Shown here piece after piece: positions 44,768 to 53,648 of a stretch of DNA of 63,568 bases. Every line of letters begins with the position of its first letter. Within the stretch, counting starts at the first letter, position 1. The position numbers and the translations under genes were made by a program. The notes beneath the pieces were generated by a model. It searched no databases and was not told the origin of the DNA. It saw only the letters and a list, made by a program, of their open reading frames with translations. Location: the NCBI GenBank assembly GCA_013152835.1, contig JAADFQ010000088.1, forward strand, positions 1 to 63,568. Direction: 5' to 3'. This stretch comes from FCB group bacterium. Lineage in GTDB: Bacteria > Fidelibacterota > Marinisomatia > Marinisomatales > J089.

Positions 44768-45053
44768 TTATCACCGATTACCGGGTGGCATTTATCTGCC
44801 GGTAGATAATTTGGATCAGTTAAAGAAGCGTCTAATACCCGGACAACGGATAAAAAGTCGCGTATTGGATCAGTTCGGACAACACCAGATTTTATTGAGA
44901 GTATGGAATTATAACGTGCTCACGCATTCCGAAACCGAATTTGAACCGGGAACCGAACTTACTTTACTGGTTGAGGCAATAGAACCGCGGTTCCAGTTTC
45001 GTTTAATTCCGGAACGAAAAGATTCAAGTATGATTAACGTTACCGTAGAATAA
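44754..45053 (+). CDS. hypothetical 99-aa beta-rich protein
   Basis: ATG 44754 overlaps the upstream stop. GGIYLPVDNLDQLKKRLIPGQRIKSRVLDQFGQHQILLRVWNYNVLTHSETEFEPGTELTLLVEAIEPRFQFRLI. No family assigned. Confidence 0.45.
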   Translation: MGGYNYHRLPGGIYLPVDNLDQLKKRLIPGQRIKSRVLDQFGQHQILLRVWNYNVLTHSETEFEPGTELTLLVEAIEPRFQFRLIPERKDSSMINVTVE

Positions 45054-45057
45054 CTCT

Positions 45058-46302
45058 ATGGGAAAAAAGAAATCACCAAACGAACAAGACTCGTCAAGAG
45101 TACAGGACTATCTCACCACAGTCACAATTCTGGAGAGTCTCAGCGATCTAATATTTATATTAAATGTTAAAGGTGAAATTGAATATGTAAATCAAAGCGC
45201 CCTGGAAACCATCGGAGAACCATTAAATAAGGTGCTGGGAAAATATATCGACGAATTCCTGGTTGATAGTTCCGAGGAGCTTTCCATTGACGCGAAATTA
45301 GAAGATTACGAACCACCGGTTAATTTAATTCAGAAGATCAGCACTGGTATTTTCCATGAGATTGAGGCTGCCGTGATTTCAAAAGGAAGGCTAGTTCCGG
45401 TTTTAGTGAATTTCAGTGTCATCCATGAACAAGAAAAACCGGCCTATATCGTTGTTTCGGCCAAAGATATATCACAAAAGAAGCGAATTGAATACGAGGA
45501 AAAGGAACAGCAGATAGAATCCATATCCCGGGATCGGATCCGTGCTGTAGGAGAATTGTCCGTTGGACTGGTTCACGAAATCACACAACCACTATCCACA
45601 CTCATGTTAAAATTAGAGCTTACAAAGAAAAAATTAAACGACCCCGGAGTGGAAGTAAAAGATGTCGACCATTCCCTTGGAGAAATGGTGGGATTGGTCC
45701 AGAAAATGTCCAATATCATTCAAAATATCCGGCGCTTTGCTCAACAGACGGAAGAAGACATGTTGGGAATTGTGAATATTCGCGAAATGGTAGACAGCGC
45801 CATATCCCTGGTAAATCATGAGTTTCAGCGTCGATTGATCGAAATTAAAATTCAGGCTCCGAAACATCTTTCCTATGTTGTGGCTAATCCATTATCGATT
45901 GAGCAGGTATTTGTGAATATTTTATCGAATGCGAAAGATGCTTTTGAAAGTCTGGATGCAAAGGCCGATGCGCAAAAGCCGGAAAAGAAAAAAGTACTGA
46001 TCCGCTTGAAGGAAAAAAAGGACAAATGGGTTGAAATCCAGTTTATCGATAATGCCGGTGGAATCAATAAAAAAATTCTGGATCGGATATTTGATCCGTT
46101 TTTTACCACACATCCATTTCAAAGTAATACCGGAATGGGACTATCCATTGCGAAAAAAATTATTCAAGCCCTGGGAGGCGATATTCATGTTCAGGTAACC
46201 GAGAAAAAGGGGACTCAGTTTATTGTCAGGATTCCGCTGACGAAGAGCGATGAAAAAACATTTTTAAAAAACTTGATTGAAATTCATCACCAGAAATCAT
46301 GA
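45058..46302 (+). CDS. PAS-domain sensor histidine kinase (complete DHp + HATPase_c)
   Basis: PAS-like LSDLIFILNVKGEIEYVNQSALE. H-box LVHEITQPLSTL, N-box NILSNAKDAF, G1 DNAGGI, G2 GMGLSIAKKI. Confidence 0.9.
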   Translation: MGKKKSPNEQDSSRVQDYLTTVTILESLSDLIFILNVKGEIEYVNQSALETIGEPLNKVLGKYIDEFLVDSSEELSIDAKLEDYEPPVNLIQKISTGIFHEIEAAVISKGRLVPVLVNFSVIHEQEKPAYIVVSAKDISQKKRIEYEEKEQQIESISRDRIRAVGELSVGLVHEITQPLSTLMLKLELTKKKLNDPGVEVKDVDHSLGEMVGLVQKMSNIIQNIRRFAQQTEEDMLGIVNIREMVDSAISLVNHEFQRRLIEIKIQAPKHLSYVVANPLSIEQVFVNILSNAKDAFESLDAKADAQKPEKKKVLIRLKEKKDKWVEIQFIDNAGGINKKILDRIFDPFFTTHPFQSNTGMGLSIAKKIIQALGGDIHVQVTEKKGTQFIVRIPLTKSDEKTFLKNLIEIHHQKS

Positions 46303-47120
46303 CCCAGCTATCCACCCGGCAGTTGGCAGAAACGGTCACTATTCTCCAGAAGATCAGTGATCCGGATACGATTTATGAAGCCATCCTGGATTTACTCCGC
46401 TCGGTAGTGGTTTTTGATGCGGCGACCCTGTTTGAACGCGATCGGGAATCAGGAGAACTGGTTGTCGTTCATCAATATGGGGATCAAATCGTTGATTTGG
46501 CTCCGGAAGCTGAATTTGATACCGGCAATGGATTGAGTTCCTGGATCTGTCGGCAAAAAACCCCGGTTATTTTGGAGTCCATTGAGAAATCAAGGGCGGG
46601 GCGTGATCATCAAATTAATTCTTTTGTCGCTCTTCCCTTATGGACGCGTGATGAATTCTCCGGTGTCCTGAATTTTTCCCATCATGAACCGGGACAATAC
46701 TTAATGGAAATGAACGCCGATTTTCAAGTGGTGGGGAATTATTTAGCATTGGCGATGGAACGAATTCAATTACACAATATGGTTCGCCTTCAAAATGATC
46801 AACTGCGGGAAACACTACGCCAACTGGAGGCAGCCCAACAGAAACTTATTGAAAAGGAACGGCTGGCTGCAGTTGGTGAAATCGTGGTTACGGTAAATCA
46901 TGAGATCAATAATCCGCTGACTGCAATCATGGGAGCTGCCGAACTGGCTCAGGCGAATCTGAGGATGAATCAACCGGATAACATCGAACGACATCTTCTG
47001 ATGATTCTAAAATCCGCTAATCGAATACAGGCGATAACTCAGAAAATCACTGCCCTGAAAAAAACACAGACAATTCCCTATATTGACGAGTATTCCATGA
47101 TGGAACTTCCGTCCGATTGA
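46299..47120 (+). CDS. GAF domain fused to a histidine-kinase DHp module with no ATPase domain
   Basis: GAF segment: ILDLLRSVVVFDAATLFERD...FVALPLWTRDEFSGVLNFSH. Then AAVGEIVVTVNHEINNPLTAIMGAAELA, ending about 65 aa later. ATGA overlap with the upstream kinase. Confidence 0.8.
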   Translation: MTQLSTRQLAETVTILQKISDPDTIYEAILDLLRSVVVFDAATLFERDRESGELVVVHQYGDQIVDLAPEAEFDTGNGLSSWICRQKTPVILESIEKSRAGRDHQINSFVALPLWTRDEFSGVLNFSHHEPGQYLMEMNADFQVVGNYLALAMERIQLHNMVRLQNDQLRETLRQLEAAQQKLIEKERLAAVGEIVVTVNHEINNPLTAIMGAAELAQANLRMNQPDNIERHLLMILKSANRIQAITQKITALKKTQTIPYIDEYSMMELPSD

Positions 47121-47124
47121 CGCC

Positions 47125-47137
47125 GGAAATATTTTCT
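47125..47137. promoter_or_regulatory. GGAAAT-A-TTTTCT inverted-repeat copy (candidate UAS), with related CCGGAATTTTCC 20 nt downstream
   Basis: Read directly from the sequence. It lies about 170 nt upstream of the sigma54 promoter at 47298. Confidence 0.35.
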
Positions 47138-47297
47138 TCCATCGCCGGAATTTTCCACATTATTACCGACTGATTTTTTCCATTCTCGATAATGCTATCC
47201 GGCAATAACACGATAAGTCACACAATAATAAAATATATGGTATAGAAAGCTATCCGATATTCATCCCGATTCGGTTGTGGACTATCTGGCTGCCTGC

Positions 47298-47313
47298 TGG
47301 CATTGAGTTTGCA
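47298..47313 (+). promoter_or_regulatory. sigma54 promoter TGGCAT-N5-TTGCA upstream of flgF
   Basis: Canonical GG-N10-GC. It lies 27 nt upstream of the flgF ATG. The spacer region upstream is AT-rich. Confidence 0.7.
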
Positions 47314-47339
47314 CTATAAATGTCAAAAAATGCCAAATC

Positions 47340-48050
47340 ATGAATATTGAACTAAAATCACTTATGGCCAACATGGCCGGACTCATGCGAAAAAATGATG
47401 TTATTGCCAATAACCTGGCCAACGTCAATACCAACGGGTTCAAGCGGGATGTATTGTTCTCTGAAGTTCTGAAGGATGAATCAGATGTAAAACAAAAGCT
47501 CTCCATGCTGACTGATTTTTCCCAGGGATCATTGACGCAGACCGACAACCCGTTGGACGTGGCCATTTCCGGAAACGGATTCTTTGTTGTAGAAACCGAC
47601 CGGGGGGATGCCTTGACTAGAAACGGACATTTTCTGGTTGATCCTTCCGGTGCGTTAATCACCAGCAGCGGTAATTATGTACTGGGAAATGGCGGTCGGG
47701 TTTTCGTTACAACCGATGGTTTATCCAAGGGTGAAATATCGATAACCCACGCCGGTGAAGTCTATGTCGATGACGAGCTGCGCGGAATACTGCGGATTGT
47801 CGATGTCAGTGATCAGGAAAAATTGGAAAAATTTGGTGAATCACTGTTTGTCACCGAAGATAAAAATCTGCATGATGTGGATAGTCCGATGATTTTACAG
47901 GGAAATCTGGAGAGTGCCAACGTCAATCCGGTGAATGAACTGGTAACCCTTATCGAAATACAGCGACAATTCGAAAGTTCTCAGCGAGCGATTAAATCGA
48001 TCGGCGATGCGCTAAGAAAAACAGCGAATGATGTCGGTCGTTACCGCTAA
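47340..48050 (+). CDS. flgF: flagellar rod protein FlgF
   Basis: VIANNLANVNTNGFKR and the C-terminal LESANVNPVNELVTLIEIQRQFESSQRAI. Confidence 0.9.
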   Translation: MNIELKSLMANMAGLMRKNDVIANNLANVNTNGFKRDVLFSEVLKDESDVKQKLSMLTDFSQGSLTQTDNPLDVAISGNGFFVVETDRGDALTRNGHFLVDPSGALITSSGNYVLGNGGRVFVTTDGLSKGEISITHAGEVYVDDELRGILRIVDVSDQEKLEKFGESLFVTEDKNLHDVDSPMILQGNLESANVNPVNELVTLIEIQRQFESSQRAIKSIGDALRKTANDVGRYR

Positions 48051-48065
48051 TCAAGGAGATTAAGA

Positions 48066-48854
48066 ATGATCAAAGCATTACGTACAGCAGCGTTAGGTAT
48101 GGCGGGCCAGCAACTGAATGTGGATACAATTGCCAATAATCTGGCGAATGTGAATACGACCGGATATAAAAAGACAACTGTCGAGTTCCAGGACCTGCTC
48201 TATGAAACAATCCAATCCGGTAGTTCGGGAGGACAACAAGGCTACGAGAAACCGGCGGAAATCCAGATTGGGATGGGGAATAAACCAGTCTCCACCTTCA
48301 GATCCTTTTCACAGGGAGCGATTCAGGAAACAGGTAATTCACTGGATATTGCCATTAACGGACGCGGATTTCTGCAAATCCAACGACCCGACGGAACCTA
48401 TGCCTATACGCGGGATGGGGAATTGCGGATCAATTCCAACGGAGAGCTGGTAAATTCATCCGGGCTGAAATTTTATCCCGAAATCAGTGTGCCCGAAGGG
48501 GTATCGGCAGTCAATATCAGTGAAGATGGAATCGTAAAAGTGGCGTATCCCGGAGTGGCCGAACCGGAAGAAGTGGGCCAGATAGAACTGGTAACGTTTA
48601 TGAATCCGGCCGGTCTTCGAGCCTTGGGAGGTAATTTATTTGAAGCCACCGAAGCCTCCGGAGAACCGGTATTCGGTCTGCCGGGCGAAGAAAACTTTGG
48701 ATCAATATTTCAGGGATATTTGGAAAAATCCAACGTGGATGTGGTTCAGGAAATGATTAATCTGATTGTATCTCAACGGGCATACGAGATTAATTCAAAA
48801 GCGGTGAAAACATCGGATGAACTGTTGGCTATCGCTAATAATATAAAGAGATAA
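48066..48854 (+). CDS. flgG: flagellar distal rod protein FlgG
   Basis: MIKALRTAALGMAGQQLNVDTIANNLANVNTTGYKK...LEKSNVDVVQEMINLIVSQRAYEINSKAV. Confidence 0.97.
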   Translation: MIKALRTAALGMAGQQLNVDTIANNLANVNTTGYKKTTVEFQDLLYETIQSGSSGGQQGYEKPAEIQIGMGNKPVSTFRSFSQGAIQETGNSLDIAINGRGFLQIQRPDGTYAYTRDGELRINSNGELVNSSGLKFYPEISVPEGVSAVNISEDGIVKVAYPGVAEPEEVGQIELVTFMNPAGLRALGGNLFEATEASGEPVFGLPGEENFGSIFQGYLEKSNVDVVQEMINLIVSQRAYEINSKAVKTSDELLAIANNIKR

Positions 48855-48867
48855 ATAAGTAGAATTC

Positions 48868-49554
48868 ATGCGATTCATTTTATCCTTTCTGCTGAGTACC
48901 GGGTTCATTTTTGGAGGAACAATCGACGCTCCTGAAATTGAAACCGCACTGATTCGCACTTTTGCGCAACAATTTAAGGTACCACCGGATGATATTCATA
49001 TTTCCATTTTGCATACGATTAAACCAAAGTTCTATACCGGCAGTGTCACCTTAACCGTAACGCCCACTGGTACACTGTTAGATGTTGGCTATCAAACGGT
49101 CTGGGTAGAGGTTCGGAAGAAAAAGCTATTACTGGATCGGTCCCTCATATCCATAAAAGTGGGACTCGAAATGGATGTCCTGATAACCAAAGTGCGAATT
49201 CCCAGGCGTCAAACGATATCTTCCGATCAATTAATAGTGAAACACCAATTAATTACGGATTCGTATCGGCAATTGGTTGACCCCCATGAAAAAATAGGGG
49301 ATTTAGTCAGTAGCAGGGTCATTCCGGCCGGAAGGATCCTGATGAAGAAATATTTACGTGAACCACCGGTTGTGTGGAAAGAAAGTCCGGTGCGTATCCA
49401 AATCATAGCCGGTGATTTGGTGCTGGAAACCAGCGGGATATCGAAAAAAGACGGAAAGTTGGGAGAACAGATTCATGTTCTCTGTCCGAGCACTGGCAAG
49501 AGGCTTACCGGGATTGTGAAATCGCCGGATTTAGTCGTGGTGGAGTTACCTTGA
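48868..49554 (+). CDS. flgA: P-ring assembly chaperone FlgA
   Basis: Signal peptide, and a SAF-like C-terminus GISKKDGKLGEQIHVLCPSTGKRLTGIVKSPDLVVVE. Positioned before flgH/flgI. Confidence 0.8.
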   Translation: MRFILSFLLSTGFIFGGTIDAPEIETALIRTFAQQFKVPPDDIHISILHTIKPKFYTGSVTLTVTPTGTLLDVGYQTVWVEVRKKKLLLDRSLISIKVGLEMDVLITKVRIPRRQTISSDQLIVKHQLITDSYRQLVDPHEKIGDLVSSRVIPAGRILMKKYLREPPVVWKESPVRIQIIAGDLVLETSGISKKDGKLGEQIHVLCPSTGKRLTGIVKSPDLVVVELP

Positions 49555-49561
49555 GGATATT

Positions 49562-50170
49562 ATGAAAAAATTCATCATTTTCATCCTGTTGTCCGTGCTG
49601 CTTTGTGGGCAATCGATGAACACAAGTGCCAACTCCCTGTACGCCGATGTAAAGGCGCATAACATCGGGGATGTGGTCATGGTAATCATAGCCGAAACAG
49701 CCAATGCAGCCCAGGAAAGCAAAGTCAACAGCACACAAAAGACCAGTGCCTCCGCCAACGGAGGCGTTACCGGAAATCTGACCTCCTTTTTACCCTTATT
49801 CGGTGCCACGACCGATCTGGCAAATTCACAAAACGGATCTGCGGGAACGCAGCAAAAAGATCAGTTAACAGGAAAAATTACCGCAACGATTATTGATAAA
49901 CTGGATAACGGAATGCTGAGAATTGAAGGGGAACGTATTGTTGAAGTGAACGGCGAAAAAAACCGGATGCATTTGGAGGGGCTGGTCAGGAGCAGAGATA
50001 TCGGTACAAACAATACGGTTTATTCATACAATATTGCCGATGCCAAGATTATTTATAAAAAAGACAATTTTAAGGATAAAATTGTTAAACAAGGGAAACT
50101 CCAACGCCTTACAACTACGACGATTATGTTGGGTTTGATTGGTTTAGCCATAGCCGGGAAATCACTATGA
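49562..50170 (+). CDS. flgH: flagellar L-ring lipoprotein FlgH
   Basis: Lipobox-like LLSVLLCG, then SLYADVKAHNIGDVVMVIIAE...LTGKITATIIDKLDNGMLRIEGE. Confidence 0.9.
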   Translation: MKKFIIFILLSVLLCGQSMNTSANSLYADVKAHNIGDVVMVIIAETANAAQESKVNSTQKTSASANGGVTGNLTSFLPLFGATTDLANSQNGSAGTQQKDQLTGKITATIIDKLDNGMLRIEGERIVEVNGEKNRMHLEGLVRSRDIGTNNTVYSYNIADAKIIYKKDNFKDKIVKQGKLQRLTTTTIMLGLIGLAIAGKSL

Positions 50171-51330
50171 AATCAAATCTTCAATCCCGATTTCTAATCA
50201 GCGTATTGATATTATCCATCTGTTTTGGTCAGGTACGTATTAAAGACCTGGTATCAGTCGAAAATGCCCAGCAAATCCCATTGATTGGATATGGACTGGT
50301 GGTTGGTTTGGATGGTTCAGGCGATCGATCTTCCAGTTCGCGTGGGGCGGTATTCACGGTTCAAACAATTTCCAATATGTTGGAGCGTTTCGGGATTACG
50401 GTTCCGAAGGAACAATTGAGAACACGCAATGTGGCTGCGGTTATGGTTACCGCTAAAACACCGCTTTTTGGTCGGGCCGGCAGTTCCTTCGATGTTACGG
50501 TATCATCGATGGGCGATGCTTCCAGCCTGGAGGGCGGAATTCTGCTTATGACGCCGTTGTTGGGGATTGATGGTTCCTTTTTTGCCCAGGCCCAGGGACC
50601 CGTGTCCATCGGTGGATATAATATCGAAACCAGTGCCGGAGAAAAAGTCCGTAAGAATCATGCCCTTGTAGGACGAATTCCCAACGGAGCGACCCTGGAA
50701 TCAACCATGGCCAATCAGAATTTTGATTTGACTCAACCGGTTCGTCTGCTCTTGCGGGATCCTGATTTTGTCACCGCAACAAAAATCGCCGAACAGGTTA
50801 ATGTCACCTTCAGTGGATTACAATCAAATCCTTCCGGATTGTTGGGGTTAAAGACATTTGCCCGGCCGGTAAGCGCCGGAGTTGTGGAATTATCCCTGCC
50901 GGATTCCATTCAGAGCCAGGATGGAGCCGTTTTCTTTATTGCCAGCGTAGAAACACTGCGGGTTGAACCCGATCGTGAAGCCCGGGTCGTTATCAATGAA
51001 CGAACCGGAACTGTGGTAGCCGGGGGAAATGTGAAAATCGACGAAATCATGATCGCTCACGGCAATCTGACCATTCATACTTCCCAGCGTCCGGTTATCT
51101 CTCAACCTCAGGCTTCCTTCAGCAACGCTGGTCAAACGGTTGTCGTTCCCATAACGGAAACCACGGTTGATGAAGAAGCTGGTTCCACAGGTGTTATTCC
51201 GGCAACAACAAGCGTGAGTGAATTGGCCTCGGCTCTAAATCAACTGGGTCTTAAACCACGGGATACAATCGCCATCTTCCAAGCCATCAAGGAAGCCGGT
51301 GCCCTGAATGCAAAATTGATCATTATGTGA
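50167..51330 (+). CDS. flgI: flagellar P-ring protein FlgI
   Basis: RIKDLVSVENAQQIPLIGYGLVVGLDGSGD...LEGGILLMTPL...LKPRDTIAIFQAIKEAGALNAKLIIM. Confidence 0.97.
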   Translation: MKSNLQSRFLISVLILSICFGQVRIKDLVSVENAQQIPLIGYGLVVGLDGSGDRSSSSRGAVFTVQTISNMLERFGITVPKEQLRTRNVAAVMVTAKTPLFGRAGSSFDVTVSSMGDASSLEGGILLMTPLLGIDGSFFAQAQGPVSIGGYNIETSAGEKVRKNHALVGRIPNGATLESTMANQNFDLTQPVRLLLRDPDFVTATKIAEQVNVTFSGLQSNPSGLLGLKTFARPVSAGVVELSLPDSIQSQDGAVFFIASVETLRVEPDREARVVINERTGTVVAGGNVKIDEIMIAHGNLTIHTSQRPVISQPQASFSNAGQTVVVPITETTVDEEAGSTGVIPATTSVSELASALNQLGLKPRDTIAIFQAIKEAGALNAKLIIM

Positions 51331-51740
51331 TGAATCCCATTGATAACATCCAGGCGAAACTCCCAACGTCTTTGAATGTAAAGACACATCGACCCCTGCA
51401 TGAAGGGCGGGAAATCCCCCGGGAAGAAAAAGCCCGCGACCTGGCATTGAAGAAGACCAGTCGCGACCTGGAAGCGACATTTCTCACGTTCCTGGTGAGA
51501 TCAATGGAAAAAACCGTTCCCAAAAGTGAATTGATGGGCTCAAAAAACACACTTTCTTCCATGATGTTCAGTTCCGTTATTGCCCAATCGATGGCGGACC
51601 AGGGAGGAACCGGTATTTCAGAAATGATTTACCGTGCGTTAAGCAATGGTAGTGAACTGCCGGATACAGATTCGATACTAAAACTGTCTGAAATGCAGAT
51701 AGATGCCATCAGTAGCGGATTAACCCTGGACAATAAATGA
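51327..51740 (+). CDS. flgJ: rod-binding protein (FlgJ N-terminal domain only; no peptidoglycan hydrolase domain)
   Basis: RDLEATFLTFLVRSMEKTVP...MFSSVIAQSMADQGGTGISEMIY matches the Rod-binding pattern. The protein ends at 137 aa. Confidence 0.8.
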   Translation: MMNPIDNIQAKLPTSLNVKTHRPLHEGREIPREEKARDLALKKTSRDLEATFLTFLVRSMEKTVPKSELMGSKNTLSSMMFSSVIAQSMADQGGTGISEMIYRALSNGSELPDTDSILKLSEMQIDAISSGLTLDNK

Positions 51741-52261
51741 CAGATCAATTCTATTTTGATCAGGATTTATATGATCCTCTGGTAACCGCACTGGAAAAAG
51801 AGTCGGTGATCTATAGCCGAATGATTGCCGTTATTCGGGAGAAACAGGATAACATTATATTGGGTGATTTGGATACCCTGCGAATATGCGTCGGAGATGA
51901 ACAACAACTTCTGCAACAGGCAAAAGGGGCTGAAAAACACCGTAAACGACTGGTAGAATCCATAGCGATCGCAAAGAATATTGAAGCCGATTCGCCAACC
52001 CTGGTTGACCTGATCGAAGTTGCTCCCGAACCCTATCATACTCAACTGAGGCATATCCGGAAACAGATTCACCAAACCTTGAATACGATGGTGAGCCTGA
52101 ATCAGGAAAATGATCTCCTGTTAAATACATCCCTTAATCATGTCCACGGAATGGTCCAATTATTCCTCAGCGTGAATGACGATGCTCCTTCAACATATAC
52201 CCCGCAGGGAACCGTGGATTCCCGCGAAATAGCGACACAAGTCATAGATTACAGGATTTGA
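51737..52261 (+). CDS. flgN: flagellar export chaperone FlgN
   Basis: LVTALEKESVIYSRMIAVIREKQDNIILGDLDTL...QENDLLLNTSLNHV. It lies immediately upstream of flgK. Confidence 0.75.
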   Translation: MTDQFYFDQDLYDPLVTALEKESVIYSRMIAVIREKQDNIILGDLDTLRICVGDEQQLLQQAKGAEKHRKRLVESIAIAKNIEADSPTLVDLIEVAPEPYHTQLRHIRKQIHQTLNTMVSLNQENDLLLNTSLNHVHGMVQLFLSVNDDAPSTYTPQGTVDSREIATQVIDYRI

Positions 52262-52262
52262 C

Positions 52263-53615
52263 ATGGGAATTATTGAAATGGCCAACGTAACCCGTCATTC
52301 ACTCCTGAACTATCAGTCGGCTCTGGATACAACCTCCCGAAACATCGCCAACATGAATACGGAAGGATATAAGCGGAGGCGGGTGGACATGACCCGATAT
52401 TCCATTGGTTTCAGCCGGATTAATGGGGGACTGACGGAAAACAATATTGTTCGTATGCGTCAACGTTTTGTTGAAGATCAGTTGTATATGGAAAATGAAC
52501 GTATGGGACAGTATAACATGGATGAACAGATCCTGTCCCGGGTAGAAGGAATTTTCGGAACCGGAAATTCCAACGGGTTAACTGATTTGATGAATGAATT
52601 CTGGAATGGATGGGAAGATTTGGCAAATAATCCCGAATCCCAGCCCCAAAGAACGATTCTCCGAAACAAAGGCGTATCCATTGCTCATTGGTTTAATCGT
52701 GTCCATGGAGATATCAAAGCTCTGAAAACTCAGATTCGGGAAGAAATTCAGGATACGGTACGCCAAACCAATCAATATCTGACTCAACTTGCCGACCTGA
52801 ATAAAAATATCCAGTTAAATCAGGATAACGATATGTTAGACCAGCGGGATATTGTGCTGGGTAAGCTATCCAACCTCCTGGATATCAATATTATGGAAAA
52901 CAGTGATCAGTCAGTGGTGGTTTCCTCCGGTGGCCAGATACTGGTTTCACGTAATTCTGCCTATCAGCTAGAATCTGAAGTCACTACCACCAACGGATAT
53001 ACCCAAGTACAAATCAGGCGTTCGGAAGGCAATAAAGTGCTGGGGATCGAAACCGGAAAACTGGGAGGCCAGCTCACGAATCATAATCAACGCATTAACA
53101 GCTATCTGGCCGATCTGAATACCCTGGCGACAAGTCTCTCATCGATGGTCAACAGTATTCACTCATCCGGATATGATTTATCCGGTAATACCGGAACCAA
53201 TTTCTTTAATCCCGACATTACCGGGGCGGGTGATTTTTCCGTCTCGGCGGAAATTTTATCTGATTCATCCTATATTGCAACGGCCACAACGTCCGGCGAT
53301 CCGGGGAACGGAGATATTGCCCTGTCGATTGCGGCTCTTCGGGATAACACAAGTATGCCCGGTTCAGTGACATTAGGTGAATTCTATACAATTTTGGTCG
53401 GACAGATTGGACAGGATGTTCAGAATGCCGACTTTTCCAAAACCAATCAGTCAAAAGTTATTCAGAGTCTAGAAAATCAGATGGAGGCCACGTCCGGAGT
53501 TTCCATCGATGAGGAAATGACCAATCTGCTTCAGTTCGAACAAGGTTATCAGGCGGCAGCGAAGATGGTGAATGCAATCGATGATTTTGCCAAAACAATT
53601 CTAAACATGGTGTAG
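52263..53615 (+). CDS. flgK: hook-filament junction protein FlgK (HAP1)
   Basis: LNYQSALDTTSRNIANMNTEGYKRR and the C-terminal SIDEEMTNLLQFEQGYQAAAKMV. Confidence 0.95.
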   Translation: MGIIEMANVTRHSLLNYQSALDTTSRNIANMNTEGYKRRRVDMTRYSIGFSRINGGLTENNIVRMRQRFVEDQLYMENERMGQYNMDEQILSRVEGIFGTGNSNGLTDLMNEFWNGWEDLANNPESQPQRTILRNKGVSIAHWFNRVHGDIKALKTQIREEIQDTVRQTNQYLTQLADLNKNIQLNQDNDMLDQRDIVLGKLSNLLDINIMENSDQSVVVSSGGQILVSRNSAYQLESEVTTTNGYTQVQIRRSEGNKVLGIETGKLGGQLTNHNQRINSYLADLNTLATSLSSMVNSIHSSGYDLSGNTGTNFFNPDITGAGDFSVSAEILSDSSYIATATTSGDPGNGDIALSIAALRDNTSMPGSVTLGEFYTILVGQIGQDVQNADFSKTNQSKVIQSLENQMEATSGVSIDEEMTNLLQFEQGYQAAAKMVNAIDDFAKTILNMV

Positions 53616-53648
53616 CATGAAAAATTGGACAAACCGGGAGGAACGGGA

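Noticed and set aside
47190-47216. TAAT-N15-CACGATAA as a sigma28 promoter upstream of flgF
   Set aside because: Both boxes are imperfect (3/4 and 6/8). A better-placed CCGATAT element and a consensus sigma54 promoter lie downstream. I kept only those.
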